Both the position numbers and the translations under genes were made by a program. DNA of 62,804 nt, the filler included, from Aduncisulcus paluster (lineage: Eukaryota), in NCBI GenBank assembly GCA_024181965.1. It is 4 parts of 4 records of this genome, joined end to end, with 100 filler letters (N's around TTAATTAATTAA, not from the genome) between each part and the next. Parts side by side here need not be neighbours in the genome. Positions count along the whole stretch, not along the records: positions 54,677 to 62,804 come from BQXS01012580.1; 3 more parts are not named here. One strand, 5' to 3'. Each line of letters opens with the position of its first letter. Position 1 is the stretch's first letter. This document shows positions 54,677 to 62,804 of the stretch, piece by piece. The notes under the pieces are model-generated. The model did not search any database and had not been told where the DNA came from. It saw only the letters and a list, made by a program, of their open reading frames with translations.

Positions 54677-57600
54677 TCAACAACAGCAATGACTCTTTGT
54701 CCAGCTCCAAGAGATGCACGTCTGGCATGTCTTCTCCTGATCAGTTCAAGAGGTGTGACAATGTTGCTTGATTCCTTTCTGACTTTGGAAAGAGACGCAG
54801 AAAACTTTGAAGCAGAGACAGTCCTGCCCTGCTCACCCAATTCCATAGCTTTTTCGTATATTTCTTTGACCAAACACCATGATGCGTCATAGACCTCTGT
54901 GTGTTTCCGATCCGTGGTCATACCATCAGCATCATACAGCATACTATCCTTCTGGAACATATCGATCAATTGGTTGTCAGCATCTTGAAGTGCCTTGGAA
55001 CGAATCCTAGATTGACGCCCCCTCCATATCTTTTGCACATCAACGATGGCCTTCATGTTCTCTTCCTCCTTCACAATGGAATCATGGAGAAGTCGATGAA
55101 CAATGGATTGAGCCACACGTTTCCCACTGATCAAGTGACGGTATCTCTTGAAGGCAAGCCATCCACGAATAATCGCTTGGGCTTTGATAACCTTACGTTT
55201 GTACTCCTCACATTCCTTTCTTGTCATGTATCCACGGGAGACACGTTGAATATCAGTAGCAGCGGCATTCAAGACACGAACTTGTTTGCTCTCAATCATC
55301 GAACGAGTGTATCTTTGTAAGGTAACAATGGCAGCTCGTTTCTTCCTAATTTGTCTCATGCGGACCATTGTTAATAACCATCCACGGGCGCATTGTCTCT
55401 TGTGCAGTTTATGGGCAAGACTGACAACCCACATAACTTTCTTGAGGCTGGCCAGGGACTTGCGGACACAAACTCCCCTCCAAACTCTCTGGATTTCAAC
55501 GACGGCTTTGCGACGTTTGAGGAACACGAAACGATCCTCACACATTCTAACAAATGACTTAAGCACAACAATAGAGCGGATGGCTCGGATGAGGTTTTTA
55601 CGGTCAATGGCAGCACGCATGTGTTTTACAAGCACTTGGGAGGCAGCACGGTATTTTTCACACTCAATCTTGACAACACAAGACTTACGATGTTTCTGTA
55701 ATGTCAATACAGCCTTGTTCAGGATGCTTTGACGACGAAGAACCCTGTATCTACGCCAATTCGTCTGGATCAGACGTGCAGCATTGGCTTCTTTCTCCTC
55801 TTGTCTCACAGCCTTTGAGGTACGCCATATTCTCTGCATAGAAAGAACAACCCGAGAGATACTGAGGAAATTGCGTCTATCCACTTGACGACGACGACAT
55901 GTTTGTATCTTGATGGCTGCTTTCTTCATAGCAACATAAACCTTTCTATCTTTCCAGGCATTCATGGCAGCACGCATCATTTGACGCACATGGACCAATT
56001 TGTGAATATTCTTCTTGATCTTGTAGGCATTGAAATAACGTTTAATAGTCGACACTGCTGTGCGTTGGGAAGCAAGGTCCTTTCGTTCAGAGTGTCCTTT
56101 CCACATACGTTGGATCAGAAGAGCAGCAGCGTTTTCTCTCTTCAGTTGAGATTGGATAAGGAACAAACGCACAGCAGCACGAACGACAACACTGGCGCGT
56201 TTCAATGACTGAGCTTGATTGAACCCAAGCTTTCCTCTCCATACCTTCTGAATCTTGAGAGCACTCTCTTGACGACGCCTCTCAACAGACACACAATGAC
56301 TGGCTCTCCACACACGTTGGATAGTTTGGGCAGCCTTCTGCATTGCAATGAACTTCCTGCGGAGAGCCATGCGACGATAAAAGGTCTGAATCTTAACGGA
56401 ACTGACCTTCAAAGTCTGATAATCCCTCTTGTCCTTCCATACGTACATGACAGCTCTCAGCATTTGGGCATAACGGGAGAGACGGTGTAAGTTCTGACGG
56501 ATTCGTGAGGCAATATACGTATGCTGAATGATAGCGACAGCTTTAGCCTGAGTGGAGAGTTTTGAACGATCAACATGACCTCTCCAGTAACGTTGAACAG
56601 TCTCAGCAGCTTTGATACGTCTTTGAGAGTCCAGAGCAATCACAAACTGTTTCCCAGTGGCAGTGAGTGTTGTAGCAGCAGCGCGTAGTTTCTGAACACT
56701 ATCATAAGCTAATTTGCCTCTCCACAGCTTTTGGATTTTAACAGCAGCCTCCCTTCTCTCACGGGTTTCTTTCCTTGCAAGATGACCTCTCCACACACGC
56801 TGAAGCAGACAGGTGGCCTTGAGTTGACGCTTGACACGCACCAGAACAATCCATCTCATCAAACCTCCCTCGGCATACATAACAGCTCTCGAAAGCTCAC
56901 GTTTCCACATGCTATTGACATATTTCTTCCACTCACGTTGGATAACAATGGCTGCACATTCCTTCCGATGCTCTTCTTCAACCAATTTCTTGAATCTCCA
57001 CTGGCGCTGCAGAACAACAGCAGCTTGGATTTGTCTTTTCAGTTTCAGGCGAGCAACAAAGCCTCGAGCAACTCTTTGTATCGTTTCAATGGATTCTCTC
57101 TTGTCAACGAGTTCATCCTGACTGTGCTTACGAAGGTATAAGGCTTCAAACTTGGCAATGCCGTTCCTCAATTTTTCATATCTACGACGCACATAAGTGC
57201 CACGAATGTTGCTCTGAAGGATTGAGATGGCCTTCTTCCTGAGTTGGATCTGTTTGGCTCCTTGTTTCCCTCTCCACATACGTTGGAAACACAGGACAGC
57301 GTGTTCCTTCTCTCTTTTCCTTCGTGCAAGTAAAGTACGTTTCCAACATTGCTGAATGACAATACAGGCTCTTATCTCCCGTCTAATATGGATTCGATCC
57401 AACCAACCACGAACATTCTTTTGGATAATCGTTGCAGCATTGTCGCGTATCTTCATATTATTTCTGTCTTGAATTCCTTTAATAAATCCTCCAATCGTAT
57501 GATAAGCTTGCTCTAAGTTCTTTGTGATATTGACACCTCTATGCATTCTCCACACTGATTGTATAACAGTGGCGGCGTTATCCAGCTTTCTCTGATGCTT

Positions 57601-60600
57601 TCGAACAAGATGACCCTTGATAACACCCTGAACAATGGAAGAACTCTTTGTCAAAACCTTCATATTATCACGTTGACGGATACCTTTGACAATGCCTTGA
57701 AGCTTCACGACAGAATTCTTTCGACTGAGGTATGCTTTTCTTATAATATGACACCTCACAGCAGCTTGAATAACAGTGGCAGCCAGATGACGCTTCTTCA
57801 AATCTCTACGGGTACACACACCTTTCCACAAGCTTGCAATCTTGGTCTGAGCTTGAGATTGAATGGTGATCTGGCGTTGCAAACATATACGTTTCCATAT
57901 CGAACTCGCCATTGTCACAGCGGTGGCCTTTGTATTGATGACATTCCTCTCATAGTTACCACGAACAACACAACCGACAACAGTGGCAGCGTGGTTAGCT
58001 TCATCACAATGCTTCCTAGAGAGCCATCTACGAATATATTTCTGAAGTACAATTGCTGCATTCCACCGACGCATTTGCACACATCTGGCGACATATCCTC
58101 GAACAATACGAGTAATCACCATAGCAGCATCCAACTGAACAGTGAGCCGACTTCTCTGGAAATGACCTCGAATGACACGTTGGAGAAGATAAGCAGCATT
58201 GACGAGGGAAATAAAATGATTTTTGGAAAGATAACCACGGAACACACTTTGTATCTTCACAACTGCGTTCTTAATGTGATCGGAATGCTGAATAGCTCGC
58301 ATTCGGGCCCAATATTTCCATATTGTTTCAACAGCTTTCTTTTGCTCTTGGTACACATTCTTGGCGACAATCATTTTGCCGAAAGCACAGAGAACACTAG
58401 CACCCTGACGTATCCTTGGAGCAACCTTAGAACGCACCAGGAAACCTCTGACAACTCTTTGAATGGTTATGGCACTTTGGACAAGGTGGATATATTGTTT
58501 TCTCACCAAATGCATTCTGAAGGCACTCTGAAGGATGACAGCAGCGTTCGCACGTTTTATAATGTTTGTGAATGACAACCAACGTCTCACACAAGACTGC
58601 ATCAACATGACCTGCTCTTGATACTCTTCCCACCGTTTCCGTTCCAGATAAGATGTCCAAACACTTTGGATAATCTTGGCAGCATGAACTTTCTCCCAAA
58701 TATCACCTCGAACGTTCCGACCACGCCAGAATCGAACGAGAGTGTTGGCCCCATTACGTTCTTTCATTATCTGTCGACGAGCCATGAAACCTCTGAAAAC
58801 TCTTTGAATGGTAATAGCAGCCTCATGTTGATTAACAAGCATTGTCTTGCATAAGAAGGTCCTTGCCTGGGATTGTATCAAAATGGCCATACTCTCACGA
58901 ACTCTCTCAGCTTCCCGTCTCAATAATAGACGAACTCGATAACCTCTCCATGAACTCTGAATGAGAATGGCAGCTTTTTCACGTCGGACAGCTTGTTTGG
59001 CAGCCAAAACAAGGCGAATGGCTCGTTGACAGGTATCTTTTTCGGGGATATCCACTTCCTCGGCAAGTTGACGCACCTTCTCCTCGCTCACATCGTCTGA
59101 CCGACCCAATGGAGCCACAGGAATACCTTGACCGCCCTTACTCTTGCGTCCAGATGTAATATGAGAAGTCTGAGGTCTTGATGGAGGGTGAGGAGAAAGG
59201 ACAATGGGGTGTGATACAAGGGAATTGCTGGATGTCACCTCTTTGCGTGCTTGGGGAGACATGGTTAACGGACCAAGAATGGACGCAGCAGTAGTCATAC
59301 CAACTACACTCTTAACACGGCTCGTTTTACCAGAAGAGACGGGGAGAGACTCGATTGTATTTGTTCTAAAATTATTCTTTGTTGTGATTTGTGAGCGTCC
59401 AGACATGGTTGCAACACCTGCAGTATTGGGCCTTGCATATAACATTTGAGAGAGGTTTCCAGAAGCAGTAGGAACAGAGGGCTGAGAGGCAAGGCGACGA
59501 GATGGACGATGTTTTCCTCCACCCATGGGATGAGCCAGTGGAGATAGAGGAGGTTGTGTATGGCGGCCAGAATATGGACCTTGATCATATGATTTTGGCA
59601 GGTGCGGAAGTTGAGTAACGCTTTTAATTTTCTCGGGCTTCGACTTTGCCCTGGCTTTACCTTCTTTGCCGCTAATATTATCTAATTGCTGTTTCTTTCC
59701 TCTCGCTGAATCATACTGTGGTTTGACCTGTTTTGGATTTACAGGGGCTGTGAGAGGGTTGTGACGAAGTCGAGTCAGAGGAGTGGAATATAAATCAGCA
59801 GAACGAGCAAATGCAGCAGATAACCTGGGCAATGTCGGAGTTACGGTCGTTGTCTTTGCTTTAGACGCACCTCCACGACTAGTTGCACGCTTCTTCCGAA
59901 GGGTCGATCTTGACGGGAGGCTTGGTGTGCTTCCACGAGATGATTGAGGAGAGTGCAACATGATCTGACTTGCACTCATCTTGTCATCAAATTGTTCGGG
60001 TTCATGCCACGCTTCAGTAGGGGCAGCCTGAGTATGAGAAGCTATCCCATCGACAATCACACCAATTCCTTCTTCTTCCTCTTTCGTATATGTACAAGAA
60101 AATACAGGCATGGTTGTAGCACGCTTGATCTTTCCCCTTTCACTGGCTCGGCCCAATAGACGACCCATTTTAACAGACAAGGGATGCCCAGGGCCAAGAA
60201 GCCGCACAGAGGCATCTAATGCACGTTGATGATGTTCAAGAGAAGATGCATGGCGTTGAGTATGTGATAATTCAACGGCAACGTTATGATGAGCAATAAC
60301 AATACTGCTTGCCAACCGTACGACCTTATCAGTCTGTTCTTGAAATTGTTGATGTAATAATGATTCTTCTTCTTGTAATAAAATTCTTAATGCAGCTCTA
60401 GCATGCTTTAAAGCTTCATCATGCCTTCCGAGCTGGCTCAGTCCAGTACAAACATTTAAATGAGTTCCTGCTGGATTATCAGCAGCTTTATATTTCTCTT
60501 CAAGTTTAAGAGCTTTAAGAGCATGTTGTAAAGCAGCACTTGGCTTTCCTCGCCGTCTATAATATGCTGCTAGATGATTGAATGTTACGGCTCTTAAAAG

Positions 60601-60816
60601 GGGCCGTCTTTCAAATATATATCCTGATGCAGGTTTTGTTAAATCTTCTGCTTCCCTCAAAAGGGAAAAACAAAGGCTCATATTCCCTTGTCGAAGCTGT
60701 TTTGTTGCTGCAATGTTGCATAACACAACCAAACGCTCAGCAACTGGCCCAGCATCAGGATCCCCTTTACCTATTCCATGTAATTCTTGTCGTGTAAGCT
60801 CAATCTTTTTCTCCAT
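54677..60816 (-). CDS. TPR + very long IQ-motif array protein (calmodulin-binding, probably ciliary/cytoskeletal); 3'-truncated
   Basis: TPRs (TFNHLAAYYRRRGKPSAALQHALKAL; THLNVCTGLSQLGRHDEAL), a disordered linker, then dozens of IQxxxRGxxxR motifs. First ATG (MEKKIEL) at 60816. Confidence 0.85.
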
Positions 60817-61311
60817 GGGAACAAAAGCAGAGGAATGAGTTTCTTTCAAAAATTTTGGCGTAATTCAAAATTAACGACTTATTCTCCGTTCTAGATAATG
60901 AATTTACATTAATAAAGTTAAATCTTTGAATAATTTCATATTTTTCATCCAATATTTGAACTACTAAAGAATTGAAATTTATTTTCGCTACGATCGTAAG
61001 GTAAAATCAATATCCACATCTTTGCCCTTATTCGATAATTATTGATATCATTTTTCTTATTCTCTTCACTCATTTGCAAGCATTTACCATGGTTCTTCCT
61101 TAACAAATCAAGGAAATCATCAAGGTTTTACCCAGACGCATTTCAAGAATCACAAAACTTTATATTAATAATTTTCTTTAAAGTCGAAAATATATGCAAA
61201 ATTTGACGTTTTCAATGAGCATCATATTTGATTTCATGTTGCAAACCTCAAACTCGCAATTTCCTGCCTTTTTGCTCCTGTTTATGTTTCAATTTTCCGT
61301 ATACTTCATGT

Positions 61312-62804
61312 ATGGATGAAAATAAGGATATATATGAAATTGAAACTCTGTGTAATTCAGTTTTGGCAATAGATATTGAAAAAACTTATTTGAACAAACA
61401 ATTGTTCAATACCATATGTAATTTATTGATAGAAATAGGTGATAAAGATTTTTTACCTCAAAGGATAGCAGATATTGACGATTTTTTTGAAGAATATCCA
61501 GAAATATCAGACACATTTTCAAAAATATCATATCAATTATTAACTCTTGTTAATGACAAAGCAAAAGCTTTATATTATAAATTAGAAAATGATAAAAATT
61601 ATATATTCCGAATTTTAGAAGGATTTCCAGACTCATCTCCCAGCGAACCCGATGATTCCACCTTCTTTGCTCCTTTTCATCTTAGCTTATTATTGGTGAG
61701 TGCTGCGTCCCATATTCCCCCCCTTATTCATGCGTGTATTTATAATAGAGGTTTGTTGTGCGATTGTATTGAGAGCGTTCTTCTTGTTGACAGATTTCTT
61801 TTTAACATTATCATTGAAAACTGCTCAACAGAGGGATTATATGCCGGAAAAGAGAGCGGAACTGATATTTTAGGATGGAAACATGGGGATAGAGTGGATG
61901 GATATATTATTGATCAATCACCATCATCTGAAAAAAAAGAGACAGAAGATTCCGCAAAAACTACATCCTTATCTTTGGAATCAAGCAAACAAAAAGAAGA
62001 AAAAGTGGCTCAACAGATGGGCAAAACAATTCCAATGATTCTTGATCTTATCGTTGTGCTGATCAGGGCTGTCCAAGGTCTAACATCTCTCAAAAGCTGT
62101 ACAGAGGCTCTATTTTTAGTATCGGCACCAATTATTCTATTTTTAGAACGTTGGATAACCTTTTCATCATCATACATTCGAAACCTATCCCCATATTCCA
62201 CCTTTACTCCCTCTTCCCTCTTGCGATCAATATCATCTCAATCTTTTTCTTCATCTTCTTCATCTCACATCTTTCCTTCTCTTTGTGTGTCACCTTTCTC
62301 TTTCCTCGCTTCTCTCTCGTCTTCTCTTTGTTCATCTCTCTCCACCTGTCTTAATGTTACTCGTACTCATTCCATTGCCCTATTTCTCCTCTCAAAATCT
62401 GTTTCTGTCGTCGATTCATGTATATTCATTATTATCAACCCTTCATCTTCTCTTTTCTCTCCTTCTTCCGTGTCAGTTGCCCTTGGTTGTCTCCAGAATA
62501 TCATGAGAATCGAAGAAGCCATCGATATTGTATGCGAAAGAGCTCTGTTCGTCCATAAAACGACTTGTAATCCAATTCAACCTCCAGAGGCCAAACCTTT
62601 ACCGTCTGAGCAAACTGAAAGTCACATACAACACCAACAAGGGAGATTTAAGAAACCCATGGGTCAACCACAATCATCTTTTCCTATCGATGGTCATAGA
62701 GTCCTTCTTGGGGCATGTCTGAAGTGTGTGGCTTCTGGATGTGCTGAGATTGCAGGTGCATCCGTGTCTCTCCTTGTTGTGTGGCTTGGAAAGGAAGGTG
62801 AAAT
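61312..62804 (+). CDS. Hypothetical protein running off the window end
   Basis: The frame from ATG 61312 (MDENKDIYEIETLCNSV...) has no stop through 62804 by manual translation. It is absent from the ORF track because it lacks a stop. Confidence 0.75.
   Translation, partial: MDENKDIYEIETLCNSVLAIDIEKTYLNKQLFNTICNLLIEIGDKDFLPQRIADIDDFFEEYPEISDTFSKISYQLLTLVNDKAKALYYKLENDKNYIFRILEGFPDSSPSEPDDSTFFAPFHLSLLLVSAASHIPPLIHACIYNRGLLCDCIESVLLVDRFLFNIIIENCSTEGLYAGKESGTDILGWKHGDRVDGYIIDQSPSSEKKETEDSAKTTSLSLESSKQKEEKVAQQMGKTIPMILDLIVVLIRAVQGLTSLKSCTEALFLVSAPIILFLERWITFSSSYIRNLSPYSTFTPSSLLRSISSQSFSSSSSSHIFPSLCVSPFSFLASLSSSLCSSLSTCLNVTRTHSIALFLLSKSVSVVDSCIFIIINPSSSLFSPSSVSVALGCLQNIMRIEEAIDIVCERALFVHKTTCNPIQPPEAKPLPSEQTESHIQHQQGRFKKPMGQPQSSFPIDGHRVLLGACLKCVASGCAEIAGASVSLLVVWLGKEGE

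Overview
Eukaryotic protist genomic DNA, gene-dense with a few short GTATGT...AG introns and the standard genetic code. It is most likely a free-living fornicate (Carpediemonas-like organism, probably Aduncisulcus); this is inferred from an expanded 'HLSIPF..SPIKGAYIC..YEF..HFLPIDL' family and Giardia-type cathepsin B. The window is four unrelated contigs joined by 100-nt N44-TTAATTAATTAA-N44 spacers: 1-23530, 23631-42287, 42388-54576 and 54677-62804. Several exact duplications look like assembly artefacts. Host genes include an LRR/EGF surface protein, importin-9-like, RPL27, Dpy-30, WD40, long alpha-actinin, Orc2, Pcf11-like, TOG-TACC, Rpp21, a giant membrane protein, SPRY-RING, tandem cathepsin B, VHS, bromodomain, NHE and TPR-IQ proteins. 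The standout is an intact, intronless Fanzor1 (eukaryotic TnpB-derived RNA-guided nuclease) at about 24176-26038. It has a complete rearranged RuvC D-E-D triad and a zinc finger, is followed by a multi-hairpin candidate omegaRNA (about 26060-26190), has no transposase nearby, and abuts a 5'-truncated host gene.
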